From: Candidatus Troglogloeales bacterium
GTDB lineage: Bacteria > Nitrospirota > Nitrospiria > SBBL01 > SBBA01
Direction: 5' to 3'
NCBI GenBank assembly: GCA_016195485.1
Contig: JACPZM010000063.1
Coordinates: forward strand, 1-46,680
DNA length: 46,680 nucleotides
Shown: positions 26,407-35,223 of the stretch, in pieces
Numbering within the stretch: the stretch's first letter is position 1
Layout of the letters: every line of letters starts with the position of its first letter
Translations under genes and position numbers: made by a program
Notes under the pieces: model-generated
What the model saw: only the letters and a program-made list of their open reading frames with translations
What the model was told of the DNA's origin: nothing
The model's database searches: none

Positions 26407-27120
26407 TCAACGGCGGTTCTTTTTCCCGGGGGCAGCGGTAAGCTGCGAGAGCTCGTGCATGGCCATCTGCTCGGTGAATTTTGCGGCAACAATCGGATCC
26501 ATCACGCCTAATACCTTGGCGGCCTTTTTGTCCTTCATCAGTGGAATAATGGCCAACGCAAAGTCGTCCTTCATATTCTGAAGCCGAAGCGCCGCATCTT
26601 CCGGAGGCATCGTTTCATAAATTTTGGCGAGCTTTGCAAACTGCTGGGTTTGAAGGGCCTTGCGCTCTTCCTCCTTTTTTCTTAAAAGTGCCTCCTCCTC
26701 TTCCGCCTTTTGGATTGCACGCGCCTTCTCTTCGGCCGTCCCCTGATCGGCAACCACTGCGCCTTTTTTGGCTTCTTCTTTTCGAGCGGCATCGGCCTTC
26801 GCATCAGCCGCTCTTTTCGCATCGGCCGCTTTCTGCTCCGCTCGTATCTTCGCCATGTCGTCTCTCAAATCCTTCGTCTTTTTTAGGTTTTCACTCACCT
26901 CCTGCTCCAGGATACGGAGGCGGTACTCTTTTAACTCCAGTTGCTTGGCCTTTTGATCCAGTTCAGTATTTCTTTGCTCAATCGCACGGAGCATACTCAT
27001 AGGGGTCTTCTCTTTTTTTTCTTCTTCAGCCTGTGCAAAAGGAAATACAACCCCTGCAAGGGGCAAAAGAAAACTTGCTAATACGATAAAAAATAAAATC
27101 TGTTGAATGGACTTAAACAT
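26407..27120 (-). CDS. YlxF/MotE-like flagellar protein (signal/TM, K/E/A-rich coiled coil, MgtE-N-like C-terminal domain)
   Basis: Follows fliJ with an 8-nt overlap, as ylxF does in the Bacillus fla/che operon. The C-terminus YETMPPEDAALRLQNM...AAKVLGVMDP resembles the MgtE intracellular N domain. Confidence 0.6.
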   Translation of the reverse strand: MFKSIQQILFFIVLASFLLPLAGVVFPFAQAEEEKKEKTPMSMLRAIEQRNTELDQKAKQLELKEYRLRILEQEVSENLKKTKDLRDDMAKIRAEQKAADAKRAADAKADAARKEEAKKGAVVADQGTAEEKARAIQKAEEEEALLRKKEEERKALQTQQFAKLAKIYETMPPEDAALRLQNMKDDFALAIIPLMKDKKAAKVLGVMDPIVAAKFTEQMAMHELSQLTAAPGKKNRR

Positions 27121-27556
27121 GCTGTCTCATCTTTAACTGTCCGCCGATTTCATCCAGAACGGCCTGCTCTTTTTTCGTAACTGCTTTCAAATAATCCTTT
27201 TCCCTTTTTCCATCTATGGTCTCAACGGCCTTTCTTTCCTTTACGGCAGTCGCAAGCTGTGCCCGGTTGAGCTCACAAACCCCTTCTTGATGTAATACGA
27301 CCCGCATCTGCTTGTCCACTGCCCCTTGCAACATTCCAATAAATCGAAGATAGAGGGCGATCTCTTCCGATGTCGATCCCCCCTCTTGCTTCGCTGTAAG
27401 ATCATCTAGTGTTGTCTGCAATTTAATCTCCAATAAACGCAGTCGTTCCTGTTCGGCAACAAGGTGATTCTTCGCAGTAAGAAACGCGCGCGAGAGATCA
27501 TCCTCACGGCGCTTTCTCTGAAAAAGAACTGCAACAAGTCTGGATCGGTATGGCAT
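27113..27556 (-). CDS. fliJ: Flagellar export chaperone FliJ
   Basis: 147-aa all-coiled-coil protein immediately after fliI. Confidence 0.7.
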   Translation of the reverse strand: MPYRSRLVAVLFQRKRREDDLSRAFLTAKNHLVAEQERLRLLEIKLQTTLDDLTAKQEGGSTSEEIALYLRFIGMLQGAVDKQMRVVLHQEGVCELNRAQLATAVKERKAVETIDGKREKDYLKAVTKKEQAVLDEIGGQLKMRQHV

Positions 27557-27576
27557 ATTAACACCCCATCCCTACC

Positions 27577-28962
27577 TTACAAAACCCCATCATCTCGCGG
27601 CGCTGGGACTTGCCTCCTTTCAAACTCAATCCCTGGCGCTCTGGGAGGGATTGTTGCCACAGCGCGGCCTACTGCCTCCACAGAATCCTTAAAAGAGGCG
27701 GAATCGTTGATCCCCTGCTTTAAATACGATTGGAGGTTCTCCCATTTTGCGATCGCTTCATCCACATGGATAGAGCTTCCCGGTTTATAGGCCCCAATAT
27801 GAATCAGGTCTTCCGCCTTACGGTATGTCGCCAACAAGTCAGAAAATCGTCTGGCATGCTCCATTTGGCTTGGGGTTACAATATCGACCATGACTCGGCT
27901 GATGCTGGCCAAAACATCCACCGCAGGATACTGGTTTTGGATTGCGAGATCACGGGACAGAACCACATGTCCATCCAGAATCGCACGCGCTGCGTCCGGG
28001 ATCGGATCATTTAAGTCATCTCCATCCACTAAGACGGAATAAATCCCCGTAATCGAACCGGTGTGTGGCGTTGTTCCTGCCCGTTCCAGAAATTTCGGTA
28101 AAAGGGCAAAGACAGAAGGGGTATACCCTTTGGTGGTCGGAGGCTCCCCAACGGCCAGCCCAATCTCCCTTTGCACATGCGCCAAACGGGTAAGCGAATC
28201 CATCATGAAGAGGATATGTTGATGACGATCACGAAAATATTCCGCAATGGCCATCGCAAGAAAGGCCCCTCGACGCCGCACAAGCGGAGGCTGATCGGAA
28301 GTCGCCACGATCACAACCGACCGTTTTAATCCCTCTCGCGTCAGATCGCGTTCAATAAACTCCTTCACTTCCCTGCCGCGCTCGCCAATCAGCGCGATGA
28401 CATTGACATCCGCAGCGGTATAACGGGCCATCATCCCCAGCAATACCGATTTTCCGACCCCGCTCCAAGAAAAAATCCCCATGCGCTGACCACGGCCAAT
28501 CGTCAGTAACCCGTTAATCGACCGAATCCCGACATCCAGAGGTTCGGTGATCCTCTGACGTTCCAAATGAGAAGGAGGCGCGGCATACAATGGATAAAAA
28601 TCTTCTGCTTCAATAGGGCCAAGCCCATCAATGGGATCCCCCAAGCCATTGAGAACCCTTCCGAGCAAGGACTCTGAGACAGGCGCTTGCGCGGCCTTCG
28701 CGCCTTGATTCACCACCGTGCTTCCAGGCCCTACACCGATTAATTCGGAAAGCGGCATCAAAAGCGCCTTGTCGTCTCGAAAACCAACCACTTCTGCCAA
28801 TAGCTTATTGTTCAGGGCATCTATTTCACAAACATCACCCACAACACAGTTTGGCACAAAACCTTCCAGGGCTATCCCCACAGCCTGGCAGATACGACCC
28901 CGCGCCGGAAAGAGATTGATCTCCTGTACCTGCTTGAGATAATGAACGGTTGGGACCCTCAT
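27577..28962 (-). CDS. fliI: Flagellum-specific ATPase FliI
   Basis: Walker A SGVGKSVLLGMM, Walker B ILFMMDSLTR, F1/T3SS ATPase fold. Confidence 0.97.
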   Translation of the reverse strand: MRVPTVHYLKQVQEINLFPARGRICQAVGIALEGFVPNCVVGDVCEIDALNNKLLAEVVGFRDDKALLMPLSELIGVGPGSTVVNQGAKAAQAPVSESLLGRVLNGLGDPIDGLGPIEAEDFYPLYAAPPSHLERQRITEPLDVGIRSINGLLTIGRGQRMGIFSWSGVGKSVLLGMMARYTAADVNVIALIGERGREVKEFIERDLTREGLKRSVVIVATSDQPPLVRRRGAFLAMAIAEYFRDRHQHILFMMDSLTRLAHVQREIGLAVGEPPTTKGYTPSVFALLPKFLERAGTTPHTGSITGIYSVLVDGDDLNDPIPDAARAILDGHVVLSRDLAIQNQYPAVDVLASISRVMVDIVTPSQMEHARRFSDLLATYRKAEDLIHIGAYKPGSSIHVDEAIAKWENLQSYLKQGINDSASFKDSVEAVGRAVATIPPRAPGIEFERRQVPAPRDDGVL

Positions 28963-29684
28963 GATCCCTTGCCTTCCCCATGTTTTGCGAGGAGGCGCCG
29001 CTTTATAATCGATAGCTGACTGTCCGATCTGGCATCAACGCTTCGCTCTTTACTTTCCACGATAGCATCCCCCGGAAGCAGGCTTTCGTCCTGTTCAAAC
29101 TTTATACATTGCACCCCTTCCACTGCCTGTAAGATCGCCTGACTTTTTCTCGACAGCAACTCAAAATCGTGAGGATGTATCCTGATAATAGCCGTTTCCG
29201 CCGTGCCTAGATTTTTTAATCCTTCCGTAACATACTCCAATAGAATCCCGGGGTTCTCTGAAATTTCTTTGCGGACAATGCGCGAAGCCACAGCCACAGC
29301 GATTTCTATCACATCCTTCTCCGCTTCCGCCGCAATCTTTGCCGTTAAATGTTCCAGGCCAGATACCAAAGGTGAGAGCAGCAAAACGACTTTATCATAT
29401 TCCGCAAGATCCGCCCCCTTGATCGCCCTTCCTGCATCTTCTCCTTTCTGAAAGCCACAAACTTCTCCTTCCGAAAGCCCTTTCCGATACCCTGCTTCAA
29501 ACCCGTGGGTCACCCCTTCCTGGTAGATTTCTTGCCGCGCTTTGTCCTTTGTCGCAGCCTCTGCGATCATATCCTTCAAGGCAAACGCCTTGATCTCCAT
29601 GTTCGTACGAAGCGGGTCCTTCACCACTTTAGACGAGGGCATCGCTTGCGGACTTCTTTCCTCCGACTGAAATTTTCCCTTCAT
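28959..29684 (-). CDS. fliH: Flagellar assembly protein FliH
   Basis: Position between fliG and fliI, FliH/YscL-like coiled coil plus C-terminal domain. Start uncertain (ATG 29684, 29642 or 29600). Confidence 0.75.
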   Translation of the reverse strand: MKGKFQSEERSPQAMPSSKVVKDPLRTNMEIKAFALKDMIAEAATKDKARQEIYQEGVTHGFEAGYRKGLSEGEVCGFQKGEDAGRAIKGADLAEYDKVVLLLSPLVSGLEHLTAKIAAEAEKDVIEIAVAVASRIVRKEISENPGILLEYVTEGLKNLGTAETAIIRIHPHDFELLSRKSQAILQAVEGVQCIKFEQDESLLPGDAIVESKERSVDARSDSQLSIIKRRLLAKHGEGKGS

Positions 29685-30633
29685 CGCCCATCTTTCTTAT
29701 GACTTCGACAATGGTCTTTTGCGCGGCCTCCACATCACTGAGCTTCATGGCGCCGCGACCCTCGATATCTTCTCTTAAGGTTTGTCCCGCCCGCTGAGAC
29801 ATGTTCCGGAAGATTTTATCCTTGACCGCCTGCGAACCGGTTCTCAACGCAATTGCCAGCTTATCTTTCGGAATCTCTTTCATTGCAGTCTGCATGGTTG
29901 CGTCATCAAATTTGGCTATATCTTCAAATACAAACATCAATTCTTTGATCTGTCCTGCCGTTTCGGGACTGGCTTCCATCACTTTTTCCATCAAGCTCTT
30001 TGCCACAGCCGAATCCGTCTCCTTCAAGAGTTCGGCGACAAATTTAATGCCGCCCACCGTTTCAGCCTTCTCCGGCGGGGCAATCCCCATTTTCTCCAGC
30101 TCATCTAAAAGCGCGTCACTTAACGTTTCCATGGTCTCCTCAATCACAACCGGCGGGAGCGCGTCAAGGGTGGACATACGAAGCACGACATCAACACGTA
30201 TCTCGCTCGGCAGATCGGTCAGAATAGAAACAGATTGTTCGGTCGTTAAGTACGTTAGGACCAATGCGATGGTTTGCGGATGTTCTTTGCTGATAAGATC
30301 AAAAATGGCCTTAGGATTGATCCACTCCAATGCCGCGATCTTGGGAGACCGGGTTGCCCGCGTCTTCATGTTGGGATCCATTCCAAGCGTTTTTTTATAA
30401 ATCGATTTTAAATATTGTTTTTGTTGATAGGCTCCTTTACTGGAGCGAACAATGAAGTCCGTTAAGACAGCCTCCCGAACCTCTGGAGAGGGAGGATCCA
30501 CCTTTGGAATATTGACCCCTAATTTTCGAATGTCATCCGGGTCTAAGTATTTTAGTACGCTCGACGCGATATCATCTCCCATCGCATCCATGAGGATGGC
30601 CACCTTTGAATAAGGGTTTATTTTTTCCGCCAT
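29629..30633 (-). CDS. fliG: Flagellar motor switch protein FliG
   Basis: KVAILMDAMGDDIASSVLKYLDPDDIRKLG N-terminus, armadillo-like middle domain, and charged C-terminal torque helix region. Confidence 0.95.
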   Translation of the reverse strand: MAEKINPYSKVAILMDAMGDDIASSVLKYLDPDDIRKLGVNIPKVDPPSPEVREAVLTDFIVRSSKGAYQQKQYLKSIYKKTLGMDPNMKTRATRSPKIAALEWINPKAIFDLISKEHPQTIALVLTYLTTEQSVSILTDLPSEIRVDVVLRMSTLDALPPVVIEETMETLSDALLDELEKMGIAPPEKAETVGGIKFVAELLKETDSAVAKSLMEKVMEASPETAGQIKELMFVFEDIAKFDDATMQTAMKEIPKDKLAIALRTGSQAVKDKIFRNMSQRAGQTLREDIEGRGAMKLSDVEAAQKTIVEVIRKMGDEGKISVGGKKSASDALV

Positions 30634-30684
30634 CGCACTGCCCTCTTATAGAGTTATCATTTGAAATGTGCACCACTCTGGGTG

Positions 30685-32265
30685 TTAGGTGGCCTCTCCC
30701 ATGATCTGCTTAATCATTTCAGCGGCCGCTTTAGGATCGTCCCTGGAAAGTTGCAGGACTCGTTGTTGCGCAATGAGATCCGGCGGAAACTCTTTGTTCG
30801 GAAGTTCTGTCGCACGCTCATCGCCTGCGAAGCCCAAACCACCTTGCAGCGCCGCTTCAGGCAGGGACGGAACAAGTAGATTTTTTATAATCGGACGAAC
30901 CACGAGGAAAAAAAGTACCAGAACCAATGCCAGTCCAATGACATAGCGAACGAGCGGCATCCAGTCAGACAGCACAAATTTCGATCCCTCTTCCTCCTGT
31001 GCCTCGGTTTCAAACGGAATATTCACGACCGACAACTGGTCATCTCGTTCCGATGAAAATCCCATGGCATTTTTTACAACGGTTTCGATCTTCCCCATCT
31101 CCACTGCAGTGCGAGGGATATATTTTCGAGTGGTCTTCCCGGTAGCGTCAGGGGTCGTTTGATAAGTCCCATCCACCAAAACCGCAACAGAAAGTTGTTT
31201 AATCGTTCCGAGCGGTTCTATCGTTCGGGTGGTCGTCTTGTTGATCTCATAATTGGTAATCCCATTTTTCTTTGTCGAATCGGTTGCTGTCGTTGAGCGC
31301 GGCGCTTCCCCCTGCGCCCCTGTTGGCAGGTTGGCGCCAATACCGGGAGAGGGTTCCGTGCTTTCGGATCGACTGGTTGTCTTATCCTCTCCCAGCTGTT
31401 CACTGCGAGCCACCTGTACATCCGGGTCAAACTTCTCTTCCGTGTGCTCGACTTGGGCAAAGTTTAATATAGACGAGACGCGCACAGTCGCCTTTTCAGG
31501 CCCGACCACCCGTTCCAACATCGTTTGAATCTTTCGTTCTAACTCCCTCTCTAAATTCTGTTCGTATTCCATTTGAGAGCTGGACGCGACCATCTTCGGA
31601 TCGGTTTCCGAAGGTTTAGAAAGGAGTCGGCCATTGCCATCTACAATTGTAACCTCTTTGGGGTCTAGCCCTTCAATGCTGGAAGCTACCAAGTGAGTAA
31701 TCCCCTGCAGTTGAATATCCGAAAGCCGTTTTCCAGCGCGGAGAGCTATAACTACCGAGGCGCGCGCCTGCTGCTGCTGTTCCGAAAAAAGGGTTTTTTC
31801 AGGAACCACAATATGAACCCGCGCCCGGCTTACTTCGGGAAACTGGGAGATCGTGCGGGCCAGTTCTCCCTGCAATGCCCGTTTGTAATTTAATTTCTGC
31901 ACAAATTCCGTGACGCCAATCGCCGATTTATCAAACAGTTCAAACCCAACGCCTCCCGTCGAGGGAAGACCTTCACTGGCCAGCTTAAGCCTTACTTCAT
32001 AAACTCTTTCGGCTGGAACAAGAATCGCTGTCTTGTCTTCTGAAAATTGATAGGGCACCGACTCCTCTTTAAGCCTTTTCTCGATTGCTTGGATATCTTC
32101 TGACGCGAGATTGGAATAGAGAAGCTCAAATTTTGGAGCCTGCGCCCAAAAGAAAATAGCGGCAATAACCGCCAATGCCCCCGCTAATGTCCCCAGTACG
32201 GCAATCTTTTTGCCCGTGCTCATGGCAGTCAAATTTGCAATAATCGCTGTAATAAAATCCGGCAT
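30685..32265 (-). CDS. fliF: Flagellar MS-ring protein FliF
   Basis: N-terminal TM helix, YscJ/FliF ring domains, second TM helix near the C-terminus, C-terminal FliG-binding tail. Confidence 0.95.
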   Translation of the reverse strand: MPDFITAIIANLTAMSTGKKIAVLGTLAGALAVIAAIFFWAQAPKFELLYSNLASEDIQAIEKRLKEESVPYQFSEDKTAILVPAERVYEVRLKLASEGLPSTGGVGFELFDKSAIGVTEFVQKLNYKRALQGELARTISQFPEVSRARVHIVVPEKTLFSEQQQQARASVVIALRAGKRLSDIQLQGITHLVASSIEGLDPKEVTIVDGNGRLLSKPSETDPKMVASSSQMEYEQNLERELERKIQTMLERVVGPEKATVRVSSILNFAQVEHTEEKFDPDVQVARSEQLGEDKTTSRSESTEPSPGIGANLPTGAQGEAPRSTTATDSTKKNGITNYEINKTTTRTIEPLGTIKQLSVAVLVDGTYQTTPDATGKTTRKYIPRTAVEMGKIETVVKNAMGFSSERDDQLSVVNIPFETEAQEEEGSKFVLSDWMPLVRYVIGLALVLVLFFLVVRPIIKNLLVPSLPEAALQGGLGFAGDERATELPNKEFPPDLIAQQRVLQLSRDDPKAAAEMIKQIMGEAT

Positions 32266-32277
32266 ATCATCTCCATT

Positions 32278-32304
32278 GTAAGGGCGGGGTTGCCCCGCCC
32301 TTAC
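32278..32304. repeat. Perfect 12-bp GC hairpin in the fliE-fliF spacer
   Basis: GTAAGGGCGGGG-ttg-CCCCGCCCTTAC. It ends a few nt before the fliF SD (GGAG). Confidence 0.8.
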
Positions 32305-32310
32305 CGTTTC

Positions 32311-32613
32311 TTACACCTGCATTCTGGATACCTCTTCGTATGCTGACATCAGTTTGTTGCGGACCTGCATCATCAGTTGAAAGGTCACTTCTGCTTTTTC
32401 AATAGCGATCATTGTTTGATGGAGATCTGTATTTTTTCCCGTTGTGAGATCAACGATCGATTGATCCGCCTGCATCTGAACATCGTTTACCTTCAGAATC
32501 GAATCCTTCAGCGTTTCGGAAAACGTTTTCTCCTCTTTTTCAAGGCCCAGCGTCCAGGGATAACCCTCTTGAGTTTTTGTGACCGATTGCGGCCCAATGG
32601 GTTCAATTGCCAT
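32311..32613 (-). CDS. fliE: Flagellar hook-basal body protein FliE
   Basis: ATG 32613 has an AAGGAGGA SD 7 nt upstream. The C-terminus KLMSAYEEVSRMQV is typical of FliE. Confidence 0.9.
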   Translation of the reverse strand: MAIEPIGPQSVTKTQEGYPWTLGLEKEEKTFSETLKDSILKVNDVQMQADQSIVDLTTGKNTDLHQTMIAIEKAEVTFQLMMQVRNKLMSAYEEVSRMQV

Positions 32614-32630
32614 TTTATTTTCCTCCTTCT

Positions 32631-32737
32631 TTACCAACTACCCCGTCAGGCTTCGCCTGTCACCCCTTCACAGAAGGGGAATAAATTCCCCTCTAAAGGA
32701 GGGGTGCCCAAAGGGCGGGGTGTTTACCCTATCTTCC
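32631..32737. repeat. 107-bp structured repeat, copy A (flgC-fliE junction)
   Basis: 102/107 identical, without gaps, to 33175..33281. Spans from the stop codon of flgC to just before the SD of fliE. Confidence 0.9.
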
Positions 32738-33160
32738 AATCTCCAATGCCTTCAGCGCCATGCTCTTAGATGCGTCCATGGCAGTAACGTTCGCATCGTA
32801 AGAGCGGAGCGCGGAGAGCATGTTTACCATTTCCGAGACGCCGTTGACGTTCGGATATAAGACATAGCCGTCGATATCGGCATCCGGATGGTTCGGCTCG
32901 AAGACCTTTTTAAGAGGGGTTTTATCTGTAACGATCTTGCTGACTTTCACCCCCTGATAAATTTGTGCAAAATCGGTCGGTTCTTCTAACGCGGCCGCCA
33001 CCGGTGTAGCGGCAAAGAGCACATCCTTGCGCCGATAAGGGCCTCCTTCTGCGGTTCGAGTTGACTCCACATTGGCCAGATTACTCGAAATCACCTCCAG
33101 CCGTCTCTTTTGCGCGTTGAGTCCCGACGCGGAAATCGCAAATGCCTTTTCAATATCCAT
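32729..33160 (-). CDS. flgC: Flagellar proximal rod protein FlgC
   Basis: AFAISASGLNAQKRRLEVISSNLANV N-terminus. ATG 33160 has an AGGAGG SD 5 nt upstream. Confidence 0.95.
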   Translation of the reverse strand: MDIEKAFAISASGLNAQKRRLEVISSNLANVESTRTAEGGPYRRKDVLFAATPVAAALEEPTDFAQIYQGVKVSKIVTDKTPLKKVFEPNHPDADIDGYVLYPNVNGVSEMVNMLSALRSYDANVTAMDASKSMALKALEIGR

Positions 33161-33174
33161 GTCAACCTCCTGAC

Positions 33175-33281
33175 TTATCAACTACCCCGTCAGGCTTCGC
33201 CTGCCACCCCTTCACAGAAGGGGAATAAATTCCCCTCTAAAAGAGGGGTGCCCAAAGGGCGGGGTGTTTACTCTATCTGCC
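33175..33281. repeat. 107-bp structured repeat, copy B (flgB-flgC junction)
   Basis: 102/107 identical to 32631..32737. Spans from the stop codon of flgB to just before the SD of flgC. Confidence 0.9.
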
Positions 33282-33725
33282 CTCTCGAATGGCGCTTTTT
33301 AATCCTGCAAATCTTCCTGCAATCATTTGAGAAGCAGCATTAAACATCAATTGGTTCTCTGCCATCCGCGCCAGTTCTTGCTCCGCATTCACATTGTTTT
33401 GATCCGGACGAGTGGTCCTATCTTGCGACTCCTCCACATACGATTCGGCTCCTCGTGGATTCCCCCCCACTGGAATATGCTGCGGATCTGTTTGAGCCAG
33501 CTTCACCATTAGTGAAAAATGGGATTTATTCGTTGTTGACATGGGGACATCAACGGGCGGCGGAATAAAATCACGAATGGCCTTCCTGAAATCCATCTCC
33601 TTTGCCTTATAGAAGGGAGTATCCTGATTCGCAATATTGGAAGTGGTTGCCTGATGTTTCGCAGCGCGAAGATCCAACGCCCTGTGCAAAAGATTCGTCG
33701 TTTTGTCAAATAAGTTAATAAACAT
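33273..33725 (-). CDS. flgB: Flagellar proximal rod protein FlgB
   Basis: LDLRAAKHQATTSNIANQDTPFYK motif. ATG 33725 has a GAGGAGG SD and overlaps the regulator stop by 11 nt. Confidence 0.93.
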   Translation of the reverse strand: MFINLFDKTTNLLHRALDLRAAKHQATTSNIANQDTPFYKAKEMDFRKAIRDFIPPPVDVPMSTTNKSHFSLMVKLAQTDPQHIPVGGNPRGAESYVEESQDRTTRPDQNNVNAEQELARMAENQLMFNAASQMIAGRFAGLKSAIREGR

Positions 33726-35223
33726 TGCACGCCTCCTCATCTACTGCTTCGGGAATAATTTCCGATCGATATTCTTTTAACTTATTTCGAAGGGTTCGGA
33801 TACTGATCCCCAGACTCTTTGCCGCATGGGTCCTGTTTCCATCCATCTTTGCCAGTGTCCCCAGGATAAGATTTCGTTCCACCTCCCACAGGGTACATCC
33901 AGAGGGTATAGATTTTGAGGGTAACCCTGTCGTTGTTCCTCTATCCTCATAACCGTTGGAAGTGGTCGTATCAGTGATAGAATCCTCGCTATTTTCCCCC
34001 TGTAGGGGCACGGCATGCCGTGCCCCTACAGATGCCGTTACTCCCCCCGTTACGTCTAAATGTTCGGGAAGAATCACTTCGTTTTGGGCAATCAGCGTCG
34101 CCCTTTCCATAATGTTTTCCATCTCCCTCACATTGCCACGCCATCCGCGCGCCATCAAGCTGGAAAGGGCAGCATGAGAGATCATTTGGGCTTCTCTATT
34201 GTTACGATCCGCAACTTTTTTGACAAAATATTCCGCAAGGATTGGGATATCGGCAATTCGATCTCGGAGCGGTGGGATGTGAAGGGGAAAGACATTCAAC
34301 CGGTAATAAAGATCTTCCCGAAAACGACCAGCCGTAACCTCCTTTAAAATGGGGCGATTCGTCGTGGCAATAACCCTGATATCCAGAGAAATCGGCTCTC
34401 TTCCACCCACACTATCAACTTCTTTTTCCTGTAAAACCCGTAACAACTTGGCCTGAAGGGCGATATGCATTTCGCTCACCTCGTCTAATAGTATCGTCCC
34501 AGTGTGGGCCAGCTCAAATTTCCCCGGTTTTCTCGTAATTGCCCCTGTAAATGCACCTTTTTCATATCCAAAGAGTTCCGACTCGAGGAGATTTTCCGGA
34601 ACTGCCGCGCAATTGATCGCTATGAAAGGTCGATGAGCACGCGGAGAGTGTTCATGAACAAATCGGGCCAAAAGCTCTTTGCCCGTCCCGCTTTCTCCTT
34701 CAATAAAGATCGTTGCGTCACTGCTTGCCACTACCTCTGCCATTTTCAGTAGTTTGAGCATTCCGGGATCTTTGGTTAGAATAACCCGATCGTTTAATTT
34801 CTGAGATGCAGAGGAACGCCTTTCGCTATCCCTCGGGATGAGTAATGGGGCAGCAGGAGAAGAACTTTTTTTAATCACTTCTGAAAGCCGCTCTTGCGAG
34901 AACGGCTTGACCAGATAATCAAGCACTCCGAGTTTCATCGCAGAGACGGCGGTGTCAATTGTTCCATGTGCCGACATAATAATGACAGGTATTTTTGGAT
35001 TTCGCTTATTAACATTGTGGAAGAGATCGATCCCGCTCATCCCAGACATTTTCATATCTGTCAGGATGGCAGCCACTGGTTTTTCGTTAATACGCGCTAA
35101 TGCGTCTTCCCCCGATATCGCGGTTTGCGTTGCGTATCCCATCAATTTGAGCGATTCCGTCAATGCGACACGCATTGCGGGGTCGTCATCCACGACTAAA
35201 ATTGGTTTCGCACTGGCATTCAT
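33715..35223 (-). CDS. NtrC-family sigma-54-dependent response regulator (REC + AAA+ + Fis-type HTH), FlrC/FleR/FlgR-like by context
   Basis: REC domain (VVDDDP...ILTDMKMSGMSG), GESGTGKE Walker A, GAFTGA loop, C-terminal HTH AAKSLGISIRTLRNKLKEY. ATG overlaps the kinase stop (ATGA). Confidence 0.93.
   Translation of the reverse strand: MNASAKPILVVDDDPAMRVALTESLKLMGYATQTAISGEDALARINEKPVAAILTDMKMSGMSGIDLFHNVNKRNPKIPVIIMSAHGTIDTAVSAMKLGVLDYLVKPFSQERLSEVIKKSSSPAAPLLIPRDSERRSSASQKLNDRVILTKDPGMLKLLKMAEVVASSDATIFIEGESGTGKELLARFVHEHSPRAHRPFIAINCAAVPENLLESELFGYEKGAFTGAITRKPGKFELAHTGTILLDEVSEMHIALQAKLLRVLQEKEVDSVGGREPISLDIRVIATTNRPILKEVTAGRFREDLYYRLNVFPLHIPPLRDRIADIPILAEYFVKKVADRNNREAQMISHAALSSLMARGWRGNVREMENIMERATLIAQNEVILPEHLDVTGGVTASVGARHAVPLQGENSEDSITDTTTSNGYEDRGTTTGLPSKSIPSGCTLWEVERNLILGTLAKMDGNRTHAAKSLGISIRTLRNKLKEYRSEIIPEAVDEEACNVY
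34000..34031. repeat. TAGGGGC-type palindrome (family 2) inside the response-regulator CDS
   Basis: CTGTAGGGGCACGGCATGCCGTGCCCCTACAG, a perfect 32-nt palindrome, translated as VGARHAVPLQ. Confidence 0.8.

Noticed and set aside
29801-30400. 199-aa plus-strand ORF, and many similar 60-180-aa ORFs in the track (for example 37354..37890, 20192..20656, 38547..39020, 3111..3503).
   Set aside because: They lie entirely antisense to, or out of frame within, strongly supported conserved genes. They have low-complexity, Ser/Pro/Arg-rich translations and no SD or family motifs. I treat them as shadow ORFs.
32700-32725. Sigma-54-like GGGCAC...TTTAG on the coding strand inside the 107-bp repeat.
   Set aside because: It lacks the near-invariant GC at -12, and the spacing does not fit TGGCAC-N5-TTGC.
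32631-33281. Possible CRISPR-like array, because two near-identical repeats are separated by about 440 bp.
   Set aside because: There are only two copies, each 107 bp long. The sequence between them is the intact flgC gene, and there are no cas genes.
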